From assembly GCA_964016885.1 (NCBI GenBank), contig OZ024754.1:19964001-20028000 (forward strand): a stretch of 64,000 nt of DNA. Direction: 5' to 3'. Of this stretch, positions 1-15,600 are shown one piece after another. The translations under genes and the position numbers were made by a program. The stretch comes from Eledone cirrhosa (Eukaryota). Positions within the stretch are counted from its first letter, which is position 1. Every line of letters starts with the position of its first letter. Below the pieces are notes generated by a model. The model saw only the letters and a program-made list of their open reading frames with translations. It ran no database searches and had not been told where the DNA came from.

Positions 1-3000
1 TAGTTTCAACACAGTTTCCAATCAAGTCACTTGCCAGACATGTACAACTGTGGCTAAAATGACTCTTCCATGATATAGTTACTTTAGTTTCAACACAGTC
101 TCAGATCAAGTCACTTACCAGCCATGTACAACTGTGGCTAAAATGACTTTTCCATGATATAGTTACATTAGTTTCAACACAATCTCAGATCAAGTCACTT
201 ACCAGACATGTACAACTGTGGCTAAAATGACTCTTCCATGATATAGTTACTTTAGTTTCAACACAGTTTCAGATGGAATCACTTGCTAGACATGTACAAC
301 TGTGGCTAAAATGATTCTTCCATGATATAGTTACTTTAGTTTCAACACAGTCACAGATCAAGTCACTTGCCAGACATGTACAACTGTGGCTAAAATGACT
401 CTTCCATGATATAGTTACTTTAGTTTCAACACAGTCTCAGATCAAGTCACTTACCAGACATGTACAACTGTGGCTAAAATGACTCTTCCATGATATGGAG
501 ACGTTAGATTCAACACAGTCACAGAACAAGTCTCTTGCCAGACATGTACAACTGTGGCTAAAATGACTCTTCCATGACATAGTTACTTTAGTTTCAACAT
601 AATCACAGATCAAGTCACTTGCCAGACATGTACAACTGTGGCTAAAATGAGTCTTCCATGACATAGTTACTTTAGTTTCAACATAGTCACAGATCAAATC
701 ACTTGCCAGACATGTACAACTGTGGCTAAAATGACTCTTCCATGATATAGTTACTTTAGTTTCAAAACAGTCTCAGATCAAGTCACTTGCCAGACATGTA
801 CAACTGTGGCTAAAATGACTCTTCCATGATATAGTTACTTTAGTTTCAACACAGTCTCAGATCAAGTCACTTACCAGACATGTACAACTGTGGCTAAAAT
901 GATTCTTCCATGATATAGTTACTTTAGTTTCAACACAGTTTCAGATCAAGTCACTTGCCAGACAAGTACAACTGTGGCTAAAATTACTCTTCCATGATAT
1001 AGTTACTTTAGTTTCAACACAATCTCAGATCAAGTCACTGGCCAGACATTTACAACTGTGGCTAAAATGACTCTTCCATGATATAGTTACTTTAGTTTCA
1101 ACACAATCTCAGATCAAGTCACTGGCCAGACATGTACAACTGTGGCTAAATGACTCTTCCATGATATAGTTACTTTAGTTTCAACACAGTTTCAGATCAA
1201 GTCACTTGCCAGACATGTACAACTGTGGCTAAAATGACTCTTCCATGATATAGTTACTTTAGTTTCAACACAGTCTCAGATCAAGTCACTTGCCAGACAT
1301 GTACAACTGTGGCTAAAATGACTTTTCTATGATATAGTTACTTTAGTTTCAGCACAATCTCAGATCAAGTCACTTACCAGGGATGTACAACTGTGGCTAA
1401 AATGACTCTTCCAATATATAGTTACTTTAGTTTCAACACAGTTTCAGATCAAATCACTTGCCAGACATGTACAACTGTGGCTAAAATGACTCTTCCATGC
1501 TATAGTTACTTTAGTTTCAACACAATCTCAGATCAAGTCACTTGCCAGACATGTACAACTGTGGCTAAAATGACTCTTCCAAGATATAGTTACTTTAGTT
1601 TCAACACAGTCTCAGACCAAGTCACTTGCCAGACATGTACAACTGTGGCTAAAATGACTCTTCCATGATATAGTTACTTTAGTTTCAACACAATCTCAGA
1701 TCAAGTCACTTGCCAGACATGTACAACCGTGGCTAAAATGACTCTTCCATGATATACTTACTTTAGTTTCAACACAATCTCAGATCAAGTCACTTGCCAG
1801 ACATGTACAACTGTGGCTAAAAGTACTTTTCCTTGGTATAGTTACTTTAGTTTCAACACAATCTCTGATCAAGTCACTTTCCAGACATGTACAACTGTGG
1901 ATAAAATGACTTTTCTATGATATAGTTACTTTAGTTTCAACACAGTCTTAGATGAAGTCACTTGGCAGACTGTGGCTAAAATGACTATTCCATGATATAG
2001 TTACATTAGTTTCAACATAGTCTCAGATCAAGTTACTTGCCAGACATGTACAACTGTGGCTAAAATGACTCTTCCATGACATAGTTACTTTAGTTTCAAC
2101 ACAGTCTCAGATCAAGTCACTTGCCAGACATGTACAACTTTGGCTAAAATGACTCTTCCATGATATAGTTACCTTAGTTTCAACACAGTCTCAGATCATG
2201 TTACTTGCTAGACATGTACAACTGTGGCTAAAATGACTCTTCCTTGGTATAGTTACTTTAGTTTCAACACAATCTCAGATCAAGTCACTTGCCAGACATG
2301 TACAACTGTGGCTAAAATGACTCTTCCATGATATAGTTACTTTAGTTTCAACACAGTTTCAGATGGAATCACTTGCTAGACATGTACAACTGTGGCTAAA
2401 ATGATTCTTCCATGATATAGTTACTTTAGTTTCAACACAGTCACAGATCAAGTCACTTGCCAGACATGTACAACTGTGGCTAAAATGACTCTTCCATGAT
2501 ATAGTTACTTTAGTTTCAACACAGTCTCAGATCAAGTCACTTACCAGACATGTACAACTGTGGCTAAAATGACTCTTCCATGATATGGAGACGTTAGATT
2601 CAACACAGTCACAGAACAAGTCTCTTGCCAGACATGTACAACTGTGGCTAAAATGACTCTTCCATGACATAGTTACTTTAGTTTCAACATAATCACAGAT
2701 CAAGTCACTTGCCAGACATGTACAACTGTGGCTAAAATGAGTCTTCCATGACATAGTTACTTTAGTTTCAACATAGTCACAGATCAAATCACTTGCCAGA
2801 CATGTACAACTGTGGTTAAAATGATTCTTCCATGATATAGTTACTTTAGTTTCAAAACAGTCTCAGATCAAGTCACTTGCCAGACATGTACAACTGTGGC
2901 TAAAATGACTCTTCCATGATATAGTTACTTTAGTTTCAACACAGTCTCAGATCAAGTCACTTACCAGACATGTACAACTGTGGCTAAAATGATTCTTCCA

Positions 3001-6000
3001 TGATATAGTTACTTTAGTTTCAACACAGTTTCAGATCAAGTCACTTGCCAGACAAGTACAACTGTGGCTAAAATTACTCTTCCATGATATAGTTACTTTA
3101 GTTTCAACACAATCTCAGATCAAGTCACTGGCCAGACATTTACAACTGTGGCTAAAATGACTCTTCCATGATATAGTTACTTTAGTTTCAACACAATCTC
3201 AGATCAAGTCACTGGCCAGACATGTACAACTGTGGCTAAATGACTCTTCCATGATATAGTTACTTTAGTTTCAACACAGTTTCAGATCAAGTCACTTGCC
3301 AGACATGTACAACTGTGGCTAAAATGACTCTTCCATGATATAGTTACTTTAGTTTCAACACAGTCTCAGATCAAGTCACTTGCCACACATGTACAACTGT
3401 GGCTAAAATGACTTTTCTATGATATAGTTACTTTAGTTTCAGCACAATCTCAGATCAAGTCACTTACCAGGGATGTACAACTGTGGCTAAAATGACTCTT
3501 CCAATATATAGTTACTTTAGTTTCAACACAGTTTCAGATCAAATCACTTGCCAGACATGTACAACTGTGGCTAAAATGACTCTTCCATGCTATAGTTACT
3601 TTAGTTTCAACACAATCTCAGATCAAGTCACTTGCCAGACATGTACAACTGTGGCTAAAATGACTCTTCCAAGATATAGTTACTTTAGTTTCAACACAGT
3701 CTCAGACCAAGTCACTTGCCAGACATGAACAACTGTGGCTAAAATGACTTTTCTATGATATAGTGACTTCAGTTTCAACACAGTTTCAGATCAAGTCACT
3801 TGCCAGACATGTACAACTATGGCTAAAATGACTCTTCCATGATATAGAGACTTTAGTTTCAACACAGTCACAGAACAAGTCAGTTGCCAGACATGTACAA
3901 CTATGGCTAAAATGACTCTTCCATGATATAGTTACTTTAGTTTCAACACAATCTCAGAACAAGTCACTTGCCAGACACGTACAACTGTGGCTAAAATGAC
4001 TCTTCCATGATATAGTTATTTAGTTTCAACACAGTCACAGATCAAGTCACTTGCCAGACATGTACAACTGTGGCTAAAATGACTCTTCCATGATATAGTT
4101 ACTTTAGTTTCAACACAGTCACAGATCAAGTCACTTGCCAGACATGTACAACTGTGGCTAAAATGACTCTTCCAATATATAGTTACTTTAGTTTCAACAC
4201 AGTTTCAGATCAAGTCACTTGCCAGACATGTACAACTGTCGCTCAAGTGAATCTTCCATGATATATTTACTTTAGTTTCAACACAGTCACAGATCAAGTC
4301 ACTTGCCAGACATGTACAACTGTGGCTAAAATGACTCTTCCATGATATAGTTACTTTAGTTTCAACACAGTCACAGATCAAGTCACTTGCCAGACATGTA
4401 CAACTGTGGCTAAAATGACTCTTCCAATATATAGTTACTTTAGTTTCAACACAGTTTCAGATCAAGTCACTTGCCAGACATGTACAACTGTCGCTCAAGT
4501 GAATCTTCCATGATATATTTACTTTAGTTTCAACACAGTCACAGATCAAGTCACTTGCCAGACATGTACAACTGTGGCTAAAATGACTCTTCCATGATAT
4601 AGTTACTTTAGTTTCAACACAGTCACAGATCAAGTCACTTGCCAGACATGTACAACTGTGGTTAAATGACTCTTCCATGATATAGTTACTTTAGTTTCAA
4701 CACAGTTTCAGATCAGGTCACTTGCCAAACATGAACAACTGTGGCTAAAATGACTCTTCCATGATATACTTACTTTAGTTTCAACACAATCTCTGATCAA
4801 GTCACTTTCCAGACATGTACAACTGTGGATAAAATGACTTTTCTATGATATAGTTACTTTAGTTTCAACACAGTCTTAGATGAAGTCACTTGGCAGACTG
4901 TGGCTAAAATGACTATTCCATGATATAGTTACATTAGTTTCAACATAGTCTCAGATCAAGTTACTTGCCAGACATGTACAACTGTGGCTAAAATGACTCT
5001 TCCATGACATAGTTACTTTAGTTTCAACACAGTCTCAGATCAAGTCACTTGCCAGACATGTACAACTTTGGCTAAAATGACTCTTCCATGATATAGTTAC
5101 CTTAGTTTCAACACAGTCTCAGATCATGTTACTTGCTAGACATGTACAACTGTGGCTAAAATGACTCTTCCTTGGTATAGTTACTTTAGTTTCAACACAA
5201 TCTCAGATCAAGTCACTTGCCAGACATGTACAACTGTGGCTAAAATGACTCTTCCATGATATAGTTACCTTAGTTTCAACACAGTCTCAGATCATGTTAC
5301 TTGCTAGACATGTACAACTGTGGCTAAAATGACTCTTCCATGATATAGTTACTTTAGTTTCAACACAGTCTCAGATCAAGTCACTTGCCAGACATGTACA
5401 ACTTTGGCTAAAATGACTCTTCCATGATATAGTTACCTTAGTTTCAACACAGTCTCAGATCATGTTACTTGCTAGACATGTACAACTGTGGCTAAAATGA
5501 CTCTTCCTTGGTATAGTTACTTTAGTTTCAACACAATCTCAGATCAAGTCACTTGCCAGACATGTACAACTGTGGCTAAAATGACTCTTCCATGATATAG
5601 TTACCTTAGTTTCAACACAGTCTCAGATCATGTTACTTGCTAGACATGTACAACTGTGGCTAAAATGACTCTTCCAATATATAGTTACTTTAGTTTCAAC
5701 ACAGTTTCAGATCAAGTCACTTGCCAGACATGTACAACTGTGGCTAAAATGACTCTTCCATGCTATAGTTACTTTAGTTTCAACACAATCTCAGATCAAG
5801 TCACTTGCCAGACATGTACAACTGTGGCTAAAATGACTCTTCCATGATATAGTTACTTTAGTTTCAACACAGTCTCAGACCAAGTCACTTGCCAGACATG
5901 AACAACTGTGGCTAAAATGACTTTTCTATGATATAGTGACTTCAGTTTCAACACAGTTTCAGATCAAGTCACTTGCCAGACATGTACAACTATGGCTAAA

Positions 6001-9000
6001 ATGACTCTTCCATGATATAGAGACTTTAGTTTCAACACAGTCACAGAACAAGTCAGTTGCCAGACATGTACAACTATGACTAAAATGACTCTTCCATGAT
6101 ATAGTTACTTTAGTTTCAACACAATCTCAGAACAAGTCACTTGCCAGACACGTACAACTGTGGCTAAAATGACTCTTCCATGATATAGTTATTTAGTTTC
6201 AACACAGTCACAGATCAAGTCACTTGCCAGACATGTACAACTGTGGCTAAAATGACTCTTCCATGATATAGTTACTTTAGTTTCAACACAGTCACAGATC
6301 AAGTCACTTGCCAGACATGTACAACTGTGGCTAAAATGACTTTTCTATGATATAGTTACTTTAGTTTCAGCACAATCTCAGATCAAGTCACTTACCAGGG
6401 ATGTACAACTGTGGCTAAAATGACTCTTCCAATATATAGTTACTTTAGTTTCAACACAGTTTCAGATCAAGTCACTTGCCAGACATGTACAACTGTGGCT
6501 AAAATGACTCTTCCATGCTATAGTTACTTTAGTTTCAACACAATCTCAGATCAAGTCACTTGCCAGACATGTACAAATGTGGCTAAAATGACTCTTCCAT
6601 GATATAGTTACTTTAGTTTCAACACAGTCTCAGACCAAGTCACTTGCCAGACATGAACAACTGTGGCTAAAATGAATTTTCTATGATATAGTGACTTCAG
6701 TTTCAACACAGTTTCAGATCAAGTCACTTGCCAGACATGTACAACTATGGCTAAAATGACTCTTCCATGATATAGAGACTTTAGTTTCAACACAGTCACA
6801 GAACAAGTCAGTTGCCAGACATGTACAACTGTGGCTAAAATGACTTTTCTATGATATAGTTACTTTAGTTTCAACACAGTCACAGATCAAGTCACTTGCC
6901 AGACATGTACAACTGTGGCTAAAATGACTCTTCCATGATATAGTTACTTTAGTTTCAACACAATCTCAGATCAAGTCACTTGCCAGACATGTACAACTGT
7001 GGTTAAATGACTCTTCCATGATATAGTTACTTTAGTTTCAACACAGTTTCAGATCAGGTCACTTGCCAAACATGAACAACTGTGGCTAAAATGACTCTTC
7101 CATGATATACTTACTTTAGTTTCAACACAATCTCAGATCAAGTCACTTGCCAGACATGTACAACTGTGGCTAAAAGTACTTTTCCTTGGTATAGTTACTT
7201 TAGTTTCAACACAATCTCTGATCAAGTCACTTTCCAGACATGTACAACTGTGGATAAAATGACTTTTCTATGATATAGTTACTTTAGTTTCAACACAGTC
7301 TTAGATGAAGTCACTTGGCAGACTGTGGCTAAAATGACTATTCCATGATATAGTTACATTAGTTTCAACATAGTCTCAGATCAAGTTACTTGCCAGACAT
7401 GTACAACTGTGGCTAAAATGACTCTTCCATGACATAGTTACTTTAGTTTCAACACAGTCTCAGATCAAGTCACTTGCCAGACATGTACAACTTTGGCTAA
7501 AATGACTCTTCCATGATATAGTTACCTTAGTTTCAACACAGTCTCAGATCATGTTACTTGCTAGACATGTACAACTGTGGCTAAAATGACTCTTCCTTGG
7601 TATAGTTACTTTAGTTTCAACACAATCTCAGATCAAGTCACTTGCCAGACATGTACAACTGTGGCTAAAATGACTCTTCCATGATATAGTTACTTTAGTT
7701 TCAACACAGTTTCCAATCAAGTCACTTGCCAGACATGTACAACTGTGGCTAAAATGACTCTTCCATGATATAGTTACTTTAGTTTCAACACAGTCTCAGA
7801 TCAAGTCACTTACCAGCCATGTACAACTGTGGCTAAAATGACTTTTCCATGATATAGTTACATTAGTTTCAACACAATCTCAGATCAAGTCACTTACCAG
7901 ACATGTACAACTGTGGCTAAAATGACTCTTCCATGATATAGTTACTTTAGTTTCAACACAGTTTCAGATGGAATCACTTGCTAGACATGTACAACTGTGG
8001 CTAAAATGATTCTTCCATGATATAGTTACTTTAGTTTCAACACAGTCACAGATCAAGTCACTTGCCAGACATGTACAACTGTGGCTAAAATGACTCTTCC
8101 ATGATATAGTTACTTTAGTTTCAACACAGTCTCAGATCAAGTCACTTACCAGACATGTACAACTGTGGCTAAAATGACTCTTCCATGATATGGAGACGTT
8201 AGATTCAACACAGTCACAGAACAAGTCTCTTGCCAGACATGTACAACTGTGGCTAAAATGACTCTTCCATGACATAGTTACTTTAGTTTCAACATAATCA
8301 CAGATCAAGTCACTTGCCAGACATGTACAACTGTGGCTAAAATGAGTCTTCCATGACATAGTTACTTTAGTTTCAACATAGTCACAGATCAAATCACTTG
8401 CCAGACATGTACAACTGTGGCTAAAATGACTCTTCCATGATATAGTTACTTTAGTTTCAAAACAGTCTCAGATCAAGTCACTTGCCAGACATGTACAACT
8501 GTGGCTAAAATGACTCTTCCATGATATAGTTACTTTAGTTTCAACACAGTCTCAGATCAAGTCACTTACCAGACATGTACAACTGTGGCTAAAATGATTC
8601 TTCCATGATATAGTTACTTTAGTTTCAACACAGTTTCAGATCAAGTCACTTGCCAGACATGTACAACTGTGGCTAAAATTACTCTTCCATGATATAGTTA
8701 CTTTAGTTTCAACACAATCTCAGATCAAGTCACTGGCCAGACATTTACAACTGTGGCTAAAATGACTCTTCCATGATATAGTTACTTTAGTTTCAACACA
8801 ATCTCAGATCAAGTCACTGGCCAGACATGTACAACTGTGGCTAAATGACTCTTCCATGATATAGTTACTTTAGTTTCAACAAAGTTTCAGATCAAGTCAC
8901 TTGCCAGACATGTACAACTGTGGCTAAAATGACTCTTCCATGATATAGTTACTTTAGTTTCAACACAGTCTCAGATCAAGTCACTTGCCAGACATGTACA

Positions 9001-12000
9001 ACTGTGGCTAAAATGACTTTTCTATGATATAGTTACTTTAGTTTCAGCACAATCTCAGATCAAGTCACTTACCAGGGATGTACAACTGTGGCTAAAATGA
9101 CTCTTCCAATATATAGTTACTTTAGTTTCAACACAGTTTCAGATCAAGTCACTTGCCAGACATGTACAACTGTGGCTAAAATGACTCTTCCATGCTATAG
9201 TTACTTTAGTTTCAACACAATCTCAGATCAAGTCACTTGCCAGACATGTACAAATGTGGCTAAAATGACTCTTCCATGATATAGTTACTTTAGTTTCAAC
9301 ACAGTCTCAGACCAAGTCACTTGCCAGACATGTACAACTGTGGCTAAAATGACTCTTCCATGACATAGTTACTTTAGTTTCAACATAATCACAGATCAAG
9401 TCACTTGCCAGACATGTACAACTGTGGCTAAAATGAGTCTTCCATGACATAGTTACTTTAGTTTCAACATAGTCACAGATCAAATCACTTGCCAGACATG
9501 TACAACTGTGGCTAAAATGACACTTCCATGATATAGTTACTTTAGTTTCAAAACAGTCTCAGATCAAGTCACTTGCCAGACATGTACAACTGTGGCTAAA
9601 ATGACTTTTCTATGATATAGTGACTTCAGTTTCAACACAGTTTCAGATCAAGTCACTTGCCAGACATGTACAACTATGGCTAAAATGACTCTTCCATGAT
9701 ATAGAGACTTTAGTTTCAACACAGTCACAGAACAAGTCAGTTGCCAGACATGTACAACTGTGGCTAAAATGACTTTTCTATGATATAGTTACTTTAGTTT
9801 CAACACAGTCACAGATCAAGTCACTTGCCAGACATGTACAACTGTGGCTAAAATGACTCTTCCATGATATAGTTACTTTAGTTTCAACACAATCTCAGAT
9901 CAAGTCACTTGCCAGACATGTACAACTGTGGTTAAATGACTCTTCCATGATATAGTTACTTTAGTTTCAACACAGTTTCAGATCAGGTCACTTGCCAAAC
10001 ATGAACAACTGTGGCTAAAATGACTCTTCCATGATATACTTACTTTAGTTTCAACACAATCTCAGATCAAGTCACTTGCCAGACATCTACAACTGTGGCT
10101 AAAAGTACTTTTCCTTGGTATAGTCACTTTAGTTTCAACACAATCTCTGATCAAGTCACTTTCTAGACATGTACAACTGTGGACAAAATGACTTTTCTAT
10201 GATATAGTTACTTTAGTTTCAACACAGTCTTAGATGAAGTCACTTGGCAGACTGTGGCTAAAATGACTATTCCATGATATAGTTACATTAGTTTCAACAT
10301 AGTCTCAGATCAAGTTACTTGCCAGACATGTACAACTGTGGCTAAAATGACTCTTCCATGACATAGTTACTTTAGTTTCAACACAGTCTCAGATCAAGTC
10401 ACTTGCCAGACATGTACAACTTTGGCTAAAATGACTCTTCCATGATATAGTTACCTTAGTTTCAACACAGTCTCAGATCATGTTACTTGCTAGACATGTA
10501 CAACTGTGGCTAAAATGACTCTTCCTTGGTATAGTTACTTTAGTTTCAACACAATCTCAGATCAAGTCACTTGCCAGACATGTACAACTGTGGCTAAAAT
10601 GACTCTTCCATGATATAGTTACCTTAGTTTCAACACAGTCTCATATCATGTTACTTGCTAGACATGTACAACTGTGGCTAAAATGAATCTTCCATGATAT
10701 AGTTACTTTAGTTTCAACACAGTCTCAGATCAAGTCACTTACCAGACATGTACAACTGTGGCTAAAATGACTCTTCCATGATATAGAGACGTTAGATTCA
10801 ACACAGTCACAGAACAAGTCTCTTGCCAGACATGTACAACTGTGGCTAAAATGACTCTTCCATGACATAGTTACTTTAGTTTCAACATAATCACAGATCA
10901 AGTCACTTGCCAGACATGTACATCTGTGGCTAAAATGAGTCTTCCATGACATAGTTACTTTAGTTTCAACATAGTCACAGATCAAATCACTTGCCAGACA
11001 TGTACAACTGTGGCTAAAATGACTCTTCCATGATATAGTTACTTTAGTTTCAACACAGTTTCAGATCAGGTCACTTGCCAGACACTTACAACTGCGGCTA
11101 AAATGACTCTTCCATGATATAGTTACTTTAGTTTCAACACAGTTTCAGATCAAGTCACTTGCCAGACATGTACAACTGTGGCTAAAATAACTCTTCCATG
11201 ATATAGTTACTTTAGTTTCAACACAGTCACAGATCAAGTCACTTGCCAGACATGTACAACTGTGGCTCAAATGATTCTTCCATGATATAGTTACTTTAGT
11301 TTCAACACAATCTCAGATCAAGTCACTTGCCAGACATGTACAACTGTGGTTAAATGACTCTTCCATGATATAGTTACTTTAGTTTCAACACAGTTTCAGA
11401 TCAGGTCACTTGCCAAACATGAACAACTGTGGCTAAAATGACTCTTCCATGATATACTTACTTAGGTTTCAACACAATCTCAGATCAAGTCACTTGCCAG
11501 ACATGTACAACTGTGGGTAAAATTACTTTTCCTTGGTATAGTTACTTTAGTTTCAACACAATCTCTGATCAAGTCACTTTCCAGACATGTACAACTGTGG
11601 ATAAAATGACTTTTCTATGATATAGTTACTTTAGTTTCAACACAGTCTTAGATGAAGTCACATGGCAGACTGTGGCTAAAATGACTATTCCATGATATAG
11701 TTACATTAGTTTCAACATAGTCTCAGATCAAGTTACTTGCCAGACATGTACAACTGTGGCTAAAATGACTCTTCCATGACATAGTTACTTTAGTTTCAAC
11801 ACAGTCTCAGATCAAGTCACTTGCCAGACATGTACAACTTTGGCTAAAATGACTCTTCCATGATATAGTTACCTTAGTTTCAACACAGTCTCAGATCATG
11901 TTACTTGCTAGACATGTACAGCTGTGGCTAAAATGACTCTTCCTTGGTATAGTTACTTTAGTTTCAACACAATCTCAGATCAAGTCACTTGCCAGACATG

Positions 12001-12600
12001 TACAACTGTGGCTAAAATGACTCTTCCATGCTATAGTTACTTTAGTTTCAACACAGTTTCCGATCAAGTCACTTGCCAGACATGTACAACTGTGGCTAAA
12101 ATGACTCTTCCATGATATAGTTACTTTAGTTTCAACACAGTCTCAGATCAAGTCACTTACCAGCCATGTACAACTGTGGCTAAAATGACTTTTCCATGAT
12201 ATAGTTACATTAGTTTCAACACAATCTCAGATCAAGTCACTTACCAGACATGTACAACTGTGGCTAAAATGACTCTTCCATGATATAGTTACTTTAGTTT
12301 CAACACAGTTTCAGATGAAATCACTTGCTAGACATGTACAACTGTGGCTAAAATGACTCTTCCATGATATAGTTACTTTAGTTTCAACACAGTCACAGAT
12401 TAAGTCACTTGCCAGACATGTACAACTGTGGCTAAAATGACTCTTCCATGATATAGTTACTTTAGTTTCAACACAGTCTCAGATCAAGTCACTTACCAGA
12501 CATGTACAACTGTGGCTAAAATGACTCTTCCATGATATAGAGACGTTAGATTCAACACAGTCACAGAACAAGTCTCTTGCCAGACGTGTACAACTGTGGC
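1..12600. repeat. Satellite layer A: HOR family with variable periods (25-, 29-, 35-, 31- and 17-mer spacings)
   Basis: Layer-specific markers are GAGACGTTAGATTC (about 498, 2588, 8193, 10786, 12540), ACCAGGGATG (about 1376, 3466, 6394, 9071) and TAGATGAAGTCAC(T/A)TGGCAGACTGTGG (about 1949, 4877, 7302, 10231, 11648). Identical ORF-track entries at 437 and 2527 are 2090 bp apart, which equals 25x84-10. Confidence 0.85.
5040..5660. repeat. Local 168-bp (dimer) periodicity, 4 copies
   Basis: The variant monomer ACCTTAG...GATCATGTTACTTGCTAG occurs at 5099, 5267, 5435 and 5603, exactly 168 bp apart. Confidence 0.85.
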
Positions 12601-15600
12601 TAAAATGACTCTTCCATGACATAGTTACTTTAGTTTCAACACAGTTTCACATCAAGTCACTTGCCAGACATGTACAACTGTGGCTAAAATGACTCTTCCA
12701 TGATATAGTTACTTTAGTTTCAACACAGTTTCAGATCAAGTCACTTGCCAGACATGTACAACTGTGGCTAAAATGACTCTTCCATGATATAGTTACTTTA
12801 GTTTCAACACAGTTTCAGATCAAGTCACTTGCCAGACATGTACCACTGTGGCTAAAATGACTCTTCCATGATATAGTTACTTTAGTTTCAACACAGTTTC
12901 ACATCAAGTCACTTGCCAGACATGTACAACTGTGGCTAAAATGACTCTTCCATGATATAGTTACTTTAGTTTCAACACAATCTCAGATCCTGTCACTTGC
13001 GAGACATGTACAACTGTGGCTAAAATGACTCTTCCATGATATAGTTACTTTAGTTTCAACACAGTCTCAGATCAACTCACTTGACAGACATGTACAACTG
13101 TGGCTAAAATCGCTCTTCCATGATATAGTTACTTTAGTTTCAACACAATCTCAGATCAAGTCACTTGCCAGACATGTACAACTGTGGCTAAAATGACTCT
13201 TCCTTGGTATAGTTACTTTAGTTTCAACACAGTCTCAGATCAAATCACTTGCCAGACATGTACAACTGTGGCTAAAATGACTCTTCCATGATATAGTTAC
13301 TTTAGATTCAACACAGTCACAGATCAAATCACTTGCCAGATATGTACAACTGTGGCTAAAATGACGCTTCCATGATATAGTTACTTTAGATTCAACACAG
13401 TTTCACATCAAGTCACTTGCCAGACATGTACAACTGTGGCTAAAATGACTATTCCATGATATAGTTACTTTAGTTTCAACACAGTTTCAGATCAGGTCAC
13501 TTGCCAGACACGTACAACTGTGGCTAAAATGACTCTTCCATGATATAGTTACTTTAGTTTCAACACAGTTTCACATCAAGTCACTTGCCAGACATGTACA
13601 ACTGTGGCTAAAATGACTCTTCCATGATATAGTTACTTTAGATTCAACACAGTCACAGATCATGTCACTTGCCAGACATGTACAACTGTGGCTAAGGTGA
13701 CTCTTCCATGACATAGTTACTTTAGTTTAAACATAGTCACAGATCAAGACACTTAGCAGACATGTACAACTGTGGCTAAAATGACTCTTCCATGATATAG
13801 TTACTTTAGATTCAACACAGTCTCAGATCAGGTCACTTGCCAGACATGTACAACTGTGGCTAAAATGACTCTTCCATGATATAGTTACTTTAGATTCAAC
13901 ACAGTCTCAGATCAGGTCACTTGCCAGACATCTACAACTGTGGCTAAAATGACTCTTCCATGATATAGTTACTTTAGTTTCAACACCGTCTTAGATCAAG
14001 TCACTTGCCAGACTGTGGCTAAAATGACTCTTCCATGATATAGTTACTTTAGTTTCAACACAGTCTCAGATCAAGTCACTTGCCAGACATGTACAATTGT
14101 GGCTAAAATGACTCTTCCATGATATAGTTACTTTAGTTTCAACACAGTCTCAGATCAACTCACTTGTCAGACATGTACAACTGTGGCTAAAATCGCTCTT
14201 CCATGATATAGTTACTTTAGTTTCAACACAATCTCAGATCAAGTCACTTGCCAGATATGTACAACTGTGGCTAAAATGACTCTTCCATGATATAGTTACT
14301 TTAGTTTCAACACAGTTTCAGATCAGGTCACTTGCCAGACATGTACAACTGTGGCTAAAATGACTCTCCCATGATATAGTTACTTTAGTTTCAACACAAT
14401 CTCAGATCCTGTCACTTGCGAGACATGTACAACTGTGGCTAAAATGATTCTTCCATGATATAGTTACTTTAGTTTCAACACGGTCTTAGATCAAGTCACT
14501 TGCCAGACATGTACAACTGTGACTAAAATGACTCTTCCATGATATAGTTACTTTAGTTTCAACACGGTCTTAGATCAAGTCACTTGCCAGACATGTACGA
14601 CTGTGACTAAAATGACTCTTCCATGATATAGTTACTTTAGTTTCAACACAGTTTCACATCAAGTCACTTGCCAGACATGTACAACTGTGGCTAAAATGAC
14701 TCTTCCATTATATAGTTACTTTAGTTTCAACACAGTTTCAGATCAAGTCACTTGCCAGACACGTACCACTGTGGCTAAAATGACTCTTCCATGATATAGT
14801 TACTTTAGTTTCAACACAGTTTCACATCAAGTCACTTGCCAGACATGTACAACTGTGGCTAAAATGACTTTTCCATGATATAGTTACTTTAGTTTCAACA
14901 CAATCTCAGATCCTGTCACTTGCGAGACATGTACAACTGTGGCTAAAATGACTCTTCCATGATATAGTTACTTTAGTTTCAACACAGTCTCAGATCAACT
15001 CACTTGCCAGACATGTACAACTGTGGCTAAAATCGCTCTTCCATGATATAGTTACTTTAGTTTCAACACAATCTCAGATCAAGTCACTTGCCAGACATGT
15101 ACAACTGTGGCTAAAATGACTCTTCCTTGGTATAGTTACTTTAGTTTCAACACAGTCTCAGATCAAGTCACTTGCCAGACATGTACAACTGTAGCTAAAA
15201 TGACTCTTCCATGATATAGTTACTTTAGATTCAACACAGTCACAGATCAAGTCACTTGCCAGATATGTACGACTGTGGCTAAAATGACGCTTACATGATA
15301 TAGTTACTTTAGTTTCAACACAATCTCATATCAAGTTACTTGCCAGACATGTGCAACTGTGGCTAAAATGACTATTCCATGATAGAGTTACTTTAGTTTC
15401 AACACAGTTTCAGATCAGGTCAATTGCCAGACACGTACAACTGTGGCTAAAATGACTCTTCCATGATATAGTTACTTTAGTCTGAACACAGTTTCACATC
15501 AAGTCACTTGCCAGACATGTACAACTGTGGCTAAAATGACTCTTCCATGATATAGTTACTTTAGTTTCAACACAGTTTCAGATCAGGTCACTTGCCAGAC

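Noticed and set aside
1-84. Monomer derived from two 42-bp halves
   Set aside because: Only patchy internal similarities (AGTTACTT/AGTCACTT; CTTCCATGATAT/CTTGCCAGACAT) at inconsistent offsets, with no clean sub-period.
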